A stretch of DNA of 64,000 bases from Candidatus Latescibacterota bacterium. Lineage in GTDB: Bacteria > Latescibacterota > UBA2968. The stretch covers positions 5,472,001 through 5,536,000 of the forward strand of contig OZ241986.1 of the NCBI GenBank assembly GCA_965204375.1, in the 5' to 3' direction. This document shows positions 18,527 to 27,706 of the stretch, piece after piece (position 1 is the stretch's first letter; each line of letters begins with the position of its first letter). The translations under genes were made by a program, and so were the position numbers. Under the pieces are notes generated by a model that did no database searches, was not told the origin of the DNA, and was given only the letters and a program-made list of their open reading frames with translations.

Positions 18527-19417
18527 GTGGCGTTCAAGGTATTGACAGACGCGCAGGCAGCGCATTTTGTCGAGAAGGGTTATGTGAAGATAGAGGGGTG
18601 TTTTGAGAAGGCGGAGATTCAGGATTGGCTCGATCTGGCATATCTGCGGTTGGGGTATGATAAAGATGATCCCACGACCTGGGAAGAAGATCGCATTCAC
18701 ATGCCGTCGATGAATCGGCGGGCTGTTGCCGATCTCGCGCCAAAGGCATGGGATGGGATATGCGATGTGATGGGTGGGGCAGAGCGCATCGAGGGTGAGC
18801 CTTCGTGGGGGGATGGGTTTATTATTAATTTTCATAAAGATGCCGATGATCCATGGGTTCCGTCGGCAAAGCGCGGGGGATGGCACAAGGATGGGAATTT
18901 TTTTCGGCATTTTTTGGATAGTCCAGAGCAGGGTCTGTTGACGGTGGTTGTTTGGGATGATGTGTTGCCCAATAGCGGCGGTACGTATCTCGCGCCGGAT
19001 TCGGTTCCAAGAGTTGCGAGGTTTTTGTACGATCATCCCGAGGGTCTGGAACCGGGTTCGTTTGGAAAGGTGATTGAGGGTTGTGAGGCGTTTGTCGAGG
19101 CGACGGGTAATGCGGGCGATGTGTATCTGATTCATCCGTATATGTTGCATTCTGCTGCGCCAAATCCTTCGGGGCGTCCGCGGTTTATTACGAATCCTCC
19201 GGTTGCATTTAAAGAGCCTATGAATTTCAATCGAGAGAATCCCGATGATTTTTCACTGGTGGAGAGGGTGGTGTTGCGGGCGCTGGGTGTCGAGCGATTG
19301 GATTATCGTATTACGGGAAAACGAGAGCGGTATTACACGGAGTTCCGCCGCGAGCGAGAGCGCATGCTGGTGGAGCAGAAGGCGCGTTTGGCAGAGCTTG
19401 AAGAGGAGGTTGTATGA
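18527..19417 (+). CDS. PhyH-family dioxygenase
   Basis: AGGAGG RBS then GTG; WHKD, GNAGDVYLIHPYMLH, PRFITN. Confidence 0.85.
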   Translation: MAFKVLTDAQAAHFVEKGYVKIEGCFEKAEIQDWLDLAYLRLGYDKDDPTTWEEDRIHMPSMNRRAVADLAPKAWDGICDVMGGAERIEGEPSWGDGFIINFHKDADDPWVPSAKRGGWHKDGNFFRHFLDSPEQGLLTVVVWDDVLPNSGGTYLAPDSVPRVARFLYDHPEGLEPGSFGKVIEGCEAFVEATGNAGDVYLIHPYMLHSAAPNPSGRPRFITNPPVAFKEPMNFNRENPDDFSLVERVVLRALGVERLDYRITGKRERYYTEFRRERERMLVEQKARLAELEEEVV

Positions 19418-19493
19418 GTTGATGCGCAGGTTTGGGAGAATCGGGAGAGGGTTTTCCACTCACACGGAGTTTTGAAAAGAGGAGCGTGTTGTT

Positions 19494-20348
19494 ATGGACG
19501 CGAGATGTTTGGATTATTGCGTGACCGAAGAGGAGCGGTTGAAGTTTGAACGCGATGGGTTTTTTATTCTCGAGAGCGTGTTGCCAGAGGATCTGGTGGA
19601 TGAGCTGGTTCCCGTTGTAGATCGTGTGGATGGCGCGTATCGAGAGCGAGAGGGCATGGGGCCGAATCAGCGGTCCAATATGCTGGATTTTATCGGTCAA
19701 GACGATTTGTTTTTGGAGTTGCTCGATTGGTATAAGACTTTTCCGAAGGTATGGGGGTTGCTGAATTGGAATATTCAGCTTTATCATTCTCACATGATTG
19801 TGACGCCGCCTGTTGGTCCTGGAAAGTCGCTTGAGAAGGATGGGCCAGGGCTTGGGTTTCACCAGGATAGCGGTCGCCTCAATCTCGATATTGAGACGAA
19901 TCCACGGCCGAGGATTTCGCTGAAGGTGGCGTTCTTTTTGACGGATGCATCAGAACCCGGTCGCGGGAATTTTGTTGTGGTTCCCGGTTCGCATCTGGGC
20001 AATGTGTTTCCAGGCGAAAGTCGCTCGGAAATGCCCGAGGGCGGTATGCAGGTGTGTGTGCCGAAAGGTAGTGCGGTTATTTTTGATCGGCGTATCTGGC
20101 ATTCGAGCAGTACCAATTATTGGAATTCGCCCAGGCGTACGCTGTTTTATGGCTATAGCTATCGCTGGTTGCGGCCCCGGGATAATATGACGGTGGATCA
20201 TTTTTTGGAGCGTAGCGATCCCATTCGCAGGCAGTTGTTGGGGGCGAGTCCTTCGGGTGGTTTTGGATATACGTCACCCAAACCCGAAGATGTGCCTTTG
20301 AAGGCGTGGATTGAGGAGCATTTGGGTGAGAAAGCCGTTGCGGCTTAA
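19494..20348 (+). CDS. PhyH-family dioxygenase
   Basis: FERDGFF, FHQD, VPGSH, FDRRIWH. Confidence 0.85.
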   Translation: MDARCLDYCVTEEERLKFERDGFFILESVLPEDLVDELVPVVDRVDGAYREREGMGPNQRSNMLDFIGQDDLFLELLDWYKTFPKVWGLLNWNIQLYHSHMIVTPPVGPGKSLEKDGPGLGFHQDSGRLNLDIETNPRPRISLKVAFFLTDASEPGRGNFVVVPGSHLGNVFPGESRSEMPEGGMQVCVPKGSAVIFDRRIWHSSSTNYWNSPRRTLFYGYSYRWLRPRDNMTVDHFLERSDPIRRQLLGASPSGGFGYTSPKPEDVPLKAWIEEHLGEKAVAA

Positions 20349-20686
20349 GATAATTGTGTCTGCAGGATATCGGCGAGTGTATCGGTTGTCCATTGATTGA
20401 TGCTTTTGCCACTGACTTCAGCAGCTGTAGCAATTGCTGCGTGAACTTCTGGGGGAAGGCGCAACATTAGATTGCCAGAATAAGGCTTTTGTGGAGGGCG
20501 ATTTAATTTTTCACAGGTTTCGAGATAATCCTCTACGGCTTCTTCAAATGCGGTACGCAGTTGTGCAACCGAATCGCCGTGAAAACCTATGATATCGTTG
20601 ATGCCCGCAATATGACCAATAAAGCAATGGTCTTCATCGCTGTATTCAATGCGAGCGGCATATCCTTTATGTGTCATAGTATTCAT
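20345..20686 (-). CDS. hicB: HicB antitoxin
   Basis: MTHKGYAARIEYS, AFEEAVEDYL, KPYSGNLMLRLPPEVH, SINQW (RHH C-terminus). Confidence 0.9.
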   Translation of the reverse strand: MNTMTHKGYAARIEYSDEDHCFIGHIAGINDIIGFHGDSVAQLRTAFEEAVEDYLETCEKLNRPPQKPYSGNLMLRLPPEVHAAIATAAEVSGKSINQWTTDTLADILQTQLS

Positions 20687-20937
20687 GGTGTTATTCCCGC
20701 CTGTTGTAGAAAATGTTTGGCATCACGCACTTGATATGGCTTTGCTTCTTTTTGAGGATGAGGGCGATGAAAAGTAGCGACAACACGATTCAGTTCAAAT
20801 CTCACGCGCGAACCTCTGCCTTCAATAGTTCTGGCTCCAAGTGCTTTGAAAAGGGATTCGATACGGCGCCATTCCAATGTGGAGGGGACGGGCGTTCTGA
20901 AGATGTCGTTTAAGGTGTTCTGGTGTCGTCTGTTCAT
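20683..20937 (-). CDS. hicA: HicA toxin
   Basis: EGRGSRVRF, FHRPHP, KPYQV; 4-nt overlap with hicB. Confidence 0.9.
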   Translation of the reverse strand: MNRRHQNTLNDIFRTPVPSTLEWRRIESLFKALGARTIEGRGSRVRFELNRVVATFHRPHPQKEAKPYQVRDAKHFLQQAGITP

Positions 20938-20973
20938 TGTTTATATGATAGCATAATATGATATCATTGACAA
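20938..20973 (-). promoter_or_regulatory. hicAB promoter with two palindromic operators
   Basis: Minus strand TTGTCA-17 nt-TATCAT-7 nt-ATG; ATGATAGCAT (20945-54) and ATGATATCAT (20958-67). Confidence 0.65.
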
Positions 20974-20998
20974 GTGTTTTGTATAGAAGGATTAGATT

Positions 20999-21757
20999 AT
21001 GGGATTGCTCACTCAGGACGAGAAACAATTTTTCAAAGATAATGGGTATCTCATTAAGCGGGATGTTTTGCCCCAGACATTATTAGAACGCGCTGTGGAT
21101 GGCCTCTGGCACGGTGTTTGGGCAGATCGTAGCGATCCACAGACGTGGGTGAACGCGGAGCCGAAGAAGCCCGAGAGTAGTGATCCGAGTTTGCACCGAT
21201 CGATTGTGTACGATTATGGTGTGTTTGATATGGTCGAGGAGATGACGGGCAAAGGGCGGTTGACCGAGTGGGCTGAGCCGGCACCGTTGTTTCGCTATCC
21301 CACGGGTAAGGATCAGTGGTCAAAGCCTTCAGGCGGGCATGTAGATGGCTACGGGCAAAAGGATTTGACGGTGGCTGGTTTTACGATTGCCGCGACTGTG
21401 TATCTTTGTGATATCAAGCCCCGTTCGGGAGGATTTTGCGTGTGGCCCGGCACGCATGCAAAGATGGCGGATTATTTTAAGTCGCATTCTTTGCTGAGTG
21501 TGAATCGCCAGTTTTTAGATCCCCATGAACCAGCCACTCAGATTCATATGGGAACGATTATTGATTTGCCTGATCCAGTGGAGATCACAGGTCCCGCGGG
21601 GACGGTGATTTTCTGGCACGGTTTGATGGTTCACAGCGCGAGTAAGAATTGCAGTCGCAATATTCGTATGGGGCTGTTTACGCGATTTAAGTGGAAGAAT
21701 TGGAATGAGTTACAGTTCGAGACACCGGACGATATGTGGGAGTATTGGGAAGTGTGA
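20999..21757 (+). CDS. PhyH-family dioxygenase, paralog of 15756-16496
   Basis: HVD, WPGTH, MVHSA; same C-terminus QFETPDDMWEYWEV. Confidence 0.85.
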   Translation: MGLLTQDEKQFFKDNGYLIKRDVLPQTLLERAVDGLWHGVWADRSDPQTWVNAEPKKPESSDPSLHRSIVYDYGVFDMVEEMTGKGRLTEWAEPAPLFRYPTGKDQWSKPSGGHVDGYGQKDLTVAGFTIAATVYLCDIKPRSGGFCVWPGTHAKMADYFKSHSLLSVNRQFLDPHEPATQIHMGTIIDLPDPVEITGPAGTVIFWHGLMVHSASKNCSRNIRMGLFTRFKWKNWNELQFETPDDMWEYWEV

Positions 21758-21889
21758 AGTGTGAAGTAGGAAGTGTGAAAATTAAACCGTAGGAGCGGCA
21801 TCCCTGCCGCGAATGCCATGATGAAATGTGAAATGCAGATCGAAACGCGCAACAATTTTGGGTTGGGTGGGCTGATAGCTGACTGCTAA
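21749..21889. repeat. Mosaic of AAGTGTG heptamers, a GTAG REP and AGCNNTC heptamers
   Basis: AAGTGTG-like x4 at about 21750-21777; GTAGGAGCGGCA-TCCC-TGCCGC 21789-21810; GCTGATAGCTGACTGCTAA 21871-21889. Confidence 0.7.
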
Positions 21890-22171
21890 TTAAATGAATT
21901 TTTCGGGAGATACGCCGAAGATGGCGGCTAATTTGCGGGCGTTTTTCAAACTGATTGTTCGGATGCCCCGTTCCATGTTGGAAATATGCTGACGGGGTAT
22001 ATTGCCCAATTTTCGGCCCAATTCCGCCTGGGTCATATTGTGATTTTGGCGATAGATTCTGAGGTTGTCACCGGGGATGATTTTGGATTTGATGTTGCGA
22101 TACCAGTCGGTTTCAAAAATATCGACGGTCTCATGGTTTCCTTTTTCTGTGTAATTTTTCATATTAAACAA
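21890..22171 (-). CDS. XRE-family HTH protein (orphan HigA-like antitoxin)
   Basis: LRIYRQNHNMTQAELGRKLG..RQHISNMERG; no toxin upstream. Confidence 0.7.
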   Translation of the reverse strand: MFNMKNYTEKGNHETVDIFETDWYRNIKSKIIPGDNLRIYRQNHNMTQAELGRKLGNIPRQHISNMERGIRTISLKNARKLAAIFGVSPEKFI

Positions 22172-22209
22172 TAACCATTCAATGATTACAGGTCAAGTGG
22201 AGCGAGTGT

Positions 22210-23676
22210 ATGACAGATTCTCCTAATATTATTTTTATTCTGACTGATCAACATCGCCTGTCGGGTGTGGGGGCTTATGGCGAGACGCCGTGTCGTACGC
22301 CAAATATTGATCGCCTCGCGGCAGAGGGCGTGTTGTTTGAGAATGCCTATACGGTTTATCCGGTGTGTAGTCCGACGCGGGGTACGTTGCAGACCGGCGT
22401 GTATCCGCATACCCATGGCATTACGTCAAATATCCACGAGGTGGGGTGTAGTGTTCACGAGTTGGAGGATCGCCCCGAGCTTTTGTCGCGGCGCTTGCAA
22501 GCGGCGGGGTACGGGACGGGATATACGGGGAAATGGCATCTCGGTTCTGAGAAGGCGCAGACATTTCAGGGGTCGAATAGGCCATCTTCACCTTCGCGTA
22601 TCGGGTATGAAGGGCAAGATTTTGCCGGGCACGGCGGGGCGGGTTCGAGTTATTCGGATTATCAAGCCTGGGTGCGGGCAAAGGGTTATGAGCCGGGCGT
22701 GAAGCCCTGGGCTGAGGCGACTACGAGGGTCCGCAACGGGGTGGGTGAGTTGACTGTGCCAACGGAGGCGACGGTGCCAGCTTATCTGGTGGATAATGTG
22801 ATTGAGATGAGCAGGTCGTTTCGGGAGCGCGATTTGCCGTATTTTATCAGTTTGAATTTTTGGGGACCGCATGGGCCGTATCACGCGACGGGTGAGTTTT
22901 TGGACTGGTATCGGGATGTGGAGATTCCGCCGTGGGGAAATTACGAGTGGCCCTCGCGGGAGATTCCCGGTCCGCATCATTTGAAGATTCACTGGGATAA
23001 GGAAAATTTGACGTGGGAAGATTGGGCGATGGCGGTGCGCTATTATTATGCGCGGGTGTCGATGATCGATAGTCAGATTGGTCGGTTGTACGATTATTTG
23101 AAGGCGAGTGGGGAGTTGGACAATACGGTGCTGATTTTTACGGCGGATCACGGCGAGACGCTGGGCAGTCACGGGGGGTTGCTGGATAAGGGTTGGCATC
23201 ATTTTGAAGAGACACATCATGTTCCGATGATTATTCGGTTGCCGGATGGTTCGCATGCGGGAGCGCGCGTTTCAGAGTTTGTTTCGCTGGCGGATATGTA
23301 TCCCACGATTTTGGATCTGGCGGGCGGATCTTATGATGGGGATGCGATTCACGGTGAGTCGCTGTTGCCGCTTATTCGCGGTGAGGCGACGGACTGGCGG
23401 GATGCTGTGGTAACCGAGTTTTTGGGTTTGGGCAATGTGGCTACGTCGATGAAAATGCTGCGTATGGGGGATTTGAAATACGGGTGCAATTTGACGGGGC
23501 AGGACGAGTTGTACGATCTAAAAAATGATCCTTATGAGATGCACAATGTGATTGATGATCCCGGTTATGCCGATGATTTGGTGCAATTAAAGGCGCGGTT
23601 GCAGCAGTGGATGGTGGAGACCAATGATCCCGCGTTGCGGATGTACCGCTGGCGCGAGCGAGAGGCGATTGGATAG
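22210..23676 (+). CDS. Sulfatase
   Basis: PNIIFILTDQHR, CSPTRG (CxPxR), GKWHL, GPHGPY, TADHG. Confidence 0.9.
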   Translation: MTDSPNIIFILTDQHRLSGVGAYGETPCRTPNIDRLAAEGVLFENAYTVYPVCSPTRGTLQTGVYPHTHGITSNIHEVGCSVHELEDRPELLSRRLQAAGYGTGYTGKWHLGSEKAQTFQGSNRPSSPSRIGYEGQDFAGHGGAGSSYSDYQAWVRAKGYEPGVKPWAEATTRVRNGVGELTVPTEATVPAYLVDNVIEMSRSFRERDLPYFISLNFWGPHGPYHATGEFLDWYRDVEIPPWGNYEWPSREIPGPHHLKIHWDKENLTWEDWAMAVRYYYARVSMIDSQIGRLYDYLKASGELDNTVLIFTADHGETLGSHGGLLDKGWHHFEETHHVPMIIRLPDGSHAGARVSEFVSLADMYPTILDLAGGSYDGDAIHGESLLPLIRGEATDWRDAVVTEFLGLGNVATSMKMLRMGDLKYGCNLTGQDELYDLKNDPYEMHNVIDDPGYADDLVQLKARLQQWMVETNDPALRMYRWREREAIG

Positions 23677-23737
23677 GGCTTTTGATTCTCATCCGCTATC
23701 TGTCTATATTGTGGTATTAGACAAAGGAGAGATTCCC

Positions 23738-23968
23738 ATGCGAAAACAAATTATTCAATATACTTCGCCCATTGATGCACTGGTTGCAGTGACAAAGCGG
23801 TTGAGTACCTATGAGAGTCGGCAGCAGATGGACTCGGAGGAGTTCTTTGACCAGTACAGCCGGGGACAACTGTCAGATGATATTGTATTTGTAGAGTGGG
23901 CAAACGATTATCGCCACTATTTAGAACTCCGTCAAAAATTAGAGAAAATCCTGCCCGATGTTGCATGA
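23738..23968 (+). CDS. Small antitoxin-like protein (TumA-like)
   Basis: AAGGAG RBS; LSTYESRQQMDSEEFFDQYSRGQL.D...FVEWA..Y pattern recalled from partners of DUF6516 toxins. Confidence 0.55.
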   Translation: MRKQIIQYTSPIDALVAVTKRLSTYESRQQMDSEEFFDQYSRGQLSDDIVFVEWANDYRHYLELRQKLEKILPDVA

Positions 23969-24032
23969 GATTCTATCCGATTACTTAGAGAAGGTGACGC
24001 AGGCTATTCTTCAGTGCAGCGATGCTTATGTT
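23958..24032 (+). pseudogene. 5' remnant of a DUF6516/TumE-like toxin
   Basis: ATG overlapping the antitoxin end; MLHEILSDYLEKVTQAILQCSDAYV, then runs into the cupin RBS. Confidence 0.45.
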
Positions 24033-24052
24033 GATAGCGCGATGGAGGTGTT

Positions 24053-24526
24053 ATGGCAAAAAATAAGGATTGGCGCAATCAGGGGGTGCGGGTGGTGACG
24101 GGTGACCAGTTGGATTTTAATACGCCGCAGACGCCGGGGATGACGCGGGCGGCTGCGATTAATCGCGCGAGTGCGGGGGCTGAGAAGTTGTGGGCGGGTA
24201 CGGTTGAGATTCATCCGAATGCAAAGACTGGCGCGCATCACCACGGGGCGCTGGAGAGTGTGATTTATGTGGTGAGCGGCAAGGCGCGCATGCGTTGGGG
24301 AGATCAGTTGGAGTATGTGGCAGAGGCGGGTCCGGGTGATTTTATTTATGTGCCGCCTTATGTGCCGCATCAGGAGATCAATGCCAGCGCAGATGAGCCT
24401 CTGGAGTGCGTGCTGGTGCGCAGCGATCAAGAGCCTGTGGTTGTGAATCTGGATATTCCGGTTGTTGAAGAGCCTGAGAAGGTGTATTGGGTCGATCCGA
24501 TACACTCGGATCCGAGAGATGATTGA
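24053..24526 (+). CDS. Cupin domain protein (RmlC-like)
   Basis: AHHHGALE and GDFIYVPPYVPHQE cupin motifs. Confidence 0.85.
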   Translation: MAKNKDWRNQGVRVVTGDQLDFNTPQTPGMTRAAAINRASAGAEKLWAGTVEIHPNAKTGAHHHGALESVIYVVSGKARMRWGDQLEYVAEAGPGDFIYVPPYVPHQEINASADEPLECVLVRSDQEPVVVNLDIPVVEEPEKVYWVDPIHSDPRDD

Positions 24527-24536
24527 GAGGTAGTTT

Positions 24537-27500
24537 ATGGAAGATCGATTTTTTGAACATCCCATTCTCAATTCTCCCTACGGCTATCCAATGCGACATT
24601 GGGAACTCGACGATCAGGGTCAGCCAACGCAGCGGATTGTTGAAAGCCGTCGGCGTGTAGATTTTATTACGCCTATTCCAAAGCCGAAGAGACGCGGGGC
24701 ATCGAAGCGGCAGCAGCAGATTGTCTTTAATGAGGGTAAGGGACTATCTACTGAGGATCAGCAGTACGATGTTACGGCGATGGTAAATGAGATTCGACGG
24801 CATGTTGATGGGTGGAGAAGTTTGCCCAATCCCAATGATTGGCGTGTGACGCCTGAAACCGCGCGTTTGCTCGAGCATTGGCGAAACCATCAATTTAGCG
24901 ATATTCGTCCGTTTTTCTGCCAGATTGAGGCGGTTGAGACAGCCATTTATCTGACTGAGGTTGCGCCGAATTTGGGGCAGTTGGGAAGGCGTTTAAGGGA
25001 TCACCTTGCCAATGCCAATAGTGACGCCAACCCGGAACTTATGCGCCTGGCCCTGAAGATGGCTACTGGCGCGGGCAAGACAACTGTTATGGCGATGATC
25101 ATTGCCTGGCAGACTATCAATGCGGTGAGGCATCCCAATAGCAGAAGGTTCTCGCGGGGGTTCTTGGTCATGACGCCCGGCATTACGATTAGAGATCGCC
25201 TGCGCGTGCTTTTGCCCAATGATCCGGATAGCTACTATGCGCATCGGGAATTGGTGCCGCAAGATATGCTCGGCGACCTCGACCGTGCCAAGATTGTCAT
25301 TACCAACTACCACGCGCTGAGAAGGCGCGAAAGAATAGAGATTTCCAGAGGGGGTAGAGGACTCCTGCAAGGGCGGGGACCCGCTCTCAATACGCTGGAG
25401 ACCGAGGGACAGATGATTCAGCGGGTTATGCCTGAGCTTATGGGCATCAGAAATATCAATGTGCTCAACGACGAGGGACACCACTGCTACCGGGAGAAGG
25501 TGGAAAAAGACGATGAAGGACGGTTAACAGGAGACGATCTGCAAGAGGCAAATAAGAATAACGAGGCCGCTCGTGTGTGGATTTCAGGGCTTGAGATGGT
25601 CAAGCGCAAGCTGGGTATCAGACAAGTTATAGATTTGTCAGCGACGCCCTTTTTTCTTCGTGGGTCGGGCTATGCCGAGGGGACGCTGTTCCCGTGGACG
25701 GTGAGCGATTTTTCGCTGATGGACGCGATTGAGTGTGGTATTGTCAAACTACCGCGTGTGCCCGTGGCTGACAATATACCCGGTGGAGATATGCCCAAGT
25801 TCCGCAATTTGTGGGAACACATTGGCACCGATATGCCCAGAGGAGGACGCCGCACAACAAATAATCTCGATCCTTTAAGCCTGCCCGTACCGTTGCAGAC
25901 CGCACTGGAAGCTCTCTATGGTCACTATGAGAAGACTGACGCATTGTGGGAAGAAGGCAAAGTGCCCGTTCCGCCCTGTTTCATTATAGTTTGTAATAAC
26001 ACCTCGTCCTCAAAGCTGGTCTATGATTACATATCGGGTTTTTACCGCGAGAATGAAGATGGTTCGAAGATGCTGGAGAATGGACGCTTGCCGCTGTTTC
26101 GCAACTTCGACGAGGTTGGTGACCGCCTCCCCATTCCCCCTACTTTGCTGATAGATAGCGAACAACTGGAATCTGGCGACGCTCTGGACAAGAATTTCCA
26201 CAAGATGGCTTCCGATGAGATCGAACGCTTTCGCAGAGAGATTGTCGAGCGCACTGGCGATGTTCGCCAGGCCGAGAATATTACGGATCAGGATTTGCTC
26301 AGAGAAGTGATGAATACGGTGGGCAAAGAAGGCCGACTTGGTGAGTCTATTCGCTGTGTTGTATCAGTTTCCATGCTCACCGAGGGTTGGGATGCTAATA
26401 ATGTCACTCACGTCCTTGGCGTGCGGGCGTTTGGCACGCAACTTTTGTGCGAGCAGGTTATTGGCCGTGCGTTGCGCCGCCAGTCTTATGATTTGAACAC
26501 GGATGGTCTGTTTGATGTCGAATATGCCGATGTGCTGGGCATTCCGTTCGACTTCACTGCGAAGCCGGTCGTTGCGCCGCCGCAGCCACCTCGGGAGACT
26601 GTCCAGGTGAAGGCGGTTACGCCAGAGCGCGATGAGTGCGAGATTCGCTTTCCGCGTGTGGCAGGTTATCGGGTTGAGCTTCCGAGGGAGAAACTCAGGG
26701 CGGATTTTACCGATGATTCGACATTGATACTTACGCCCGAACTCGTTGGGCCAACCAATACGAGAAACGAGGGTATCATTGGTGAGGGAATCAATCTGAA
26801 TCTTGAGCGTCTGGAGTCTATGCGTCCGGCTGCGCTGGCGTTTCGCCTCACTAAGCATCTGGTCTATACGAAGTGGCGCGATTCGGGTGAGGAGCCATCG
26901 TTGAATTTGTTCGGTCAGTTCAAACGGATAACGAGCGAATGGCTGGATACTTGTCTCGTTTGCAAGGGCGGAACGTACCCGGCGCAGCTTGTGTACCAAG
27001 AACTGGCAGATATGGCTTGCGAGCGTATCAAAGACGCCATCAACCGCACACACGTTGGCGAGCGTCCTATCAAGGTTCTACTCGATTCTTACAACCCAAT
27101 GGGGTCAAGCAGGCATGTGAATTTCAGCACCTCCAAAACGAGGCGATGGCAGACCGATTCTCGCAAGTGCCACGTCAATTGGGTCGTTCTGGACAGCGAT
27201 TGGGAGGCCGAGTTTTGCCGCGTGGCTGAGTCTCATCCGAAGGTGCGGGCCTATGTGAAGAATCACAATTTGGGACTGGAGGTTCCTTATCGCTACGGTT
27301 CCAATACGCGCACGTACATTCCCGATTTCATCGTTCTGGTGGATGATGGGCAGGATGACCCCCTGCACCTTGTCGTCGAAATCAAGGGCTATCGCGGCGA
27401 GGATGCGAAGATAAAAAAAAGCACGATGGAGACCTATTGGGTCCCCGGTGTGAATGCGCTTAGAGAATATGGACGCTGGGTCTTTGCCGAGTTTACAGAT

Positions 27501-27683
27501 GTATATGAGATTGAAAAGGAGTTTAACACATTCATTGATCGCTTCAGTGTCAGCGCAACAGGCACGCAGCCACGGGACGCTATGACTTCTAATTTCAAAG
27601 ATTTACTGGCATCCTGCCCGATTGACGAGATTGATGTTGATCAGCTTCGTACACGCGAATTGCCACGCGAGATTGAGTTGTGA
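24537..27683 (+). CDS. Type III-like restriction endonuclease/helicase (Res subunit)
   Basis: KMATGAGKT, DEGHH, SAT, MLTEGWD, EQVIGRALRR helicase motifs; C-terminal YIPDF...VEIKG PD-(D/E)xK nuclease. Confidence 0.9.
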   Translation: MEDRFFEHPILNSPYGYPMRHWELDDQGQPTQRIVESRRRVDFITPIPKPKRRGASKRQQQIVFNEGKGLSTEDQQYDVTAMVNEIRRHVDGWRSLPNPNDWRVTPETARLLEHWRNHQFSDIRPFFCQIEAVETAIYLTEVAPNLGQLGRRLRDHLANANSDANPELMRLALKMATGAGKTTVMAMIIAWQTINAVRHPNSRRFSRGFLVMTPGITIRDRLRVLLPNDPDSYYAHRELVPQDMLGDLDRAKIVITNYHALRRRERIEISRGGRGLLQGRGPALNTLETEGQMIQRVMPELMGIRNINVLNDEGHHCYREKVEKDDEGRLTGDDLQEANKNNEAARVWISGLEMVKRKLGIRQVIDLSATPFFLRGSGYAEGTLFPWTVSDFSLMDAIECGIVKLPRVPVADNIPGGDMPKFRNLWEHIGTDMPRGGRRTTNNLDPLSLPVPLQTALEALYGHYEKTDALWEEGKVPVPPCFIIVCNNTSSSKLVYDYISGFYRENEDGSKMLENGRLPLFRNFDEVGDRLPIPPTLLIDSEQLESGDALDKNFHKMASDEIERFRREIVERTGDVRQAENITDQDLLREVMNTVGKEGRLGESIRCVVSVSMLTEGWDANNVTHVLGVRAFGTQLLCEQVIGRALRRQSYDLNTDGLFDVEYADVLGIPFDFTAKPVVAPPQPPRETVQVKAVTPERDECEIRFPRVAGYRVELPREKLRADFTDDSTLILTPELVGPTNTRNEGIIGEGINLNLERLESMRPAALAFRLTKHLVYTKWRDSGEEPSLNLFGQFKRITSEWLDTCLVCKGGTYPAQLVYQELADMACERIKDAINRTHVGERPIKVLLDSYNPMGSSRHVNFSTSKTRRWQTDSRKCHVNWVVLDSDWEAEFCRVAESHPKVRAYVKNHNLGLEVPYRYGSNTRTYIPDFIVLVDDGQDDPLHLVVEIKGYRGEDAKIKKSTMETYWVPGVNALREYGRWVFAEFTDVYEIEKEFNTFIDRFSVSATGTQPRDAMTSNFKDLLASCPIDEIDVDQLRTRELPREIEL

Positions 27684-27706
27684 TGTTCTTACAGCAGGAT
27701 AAATAG

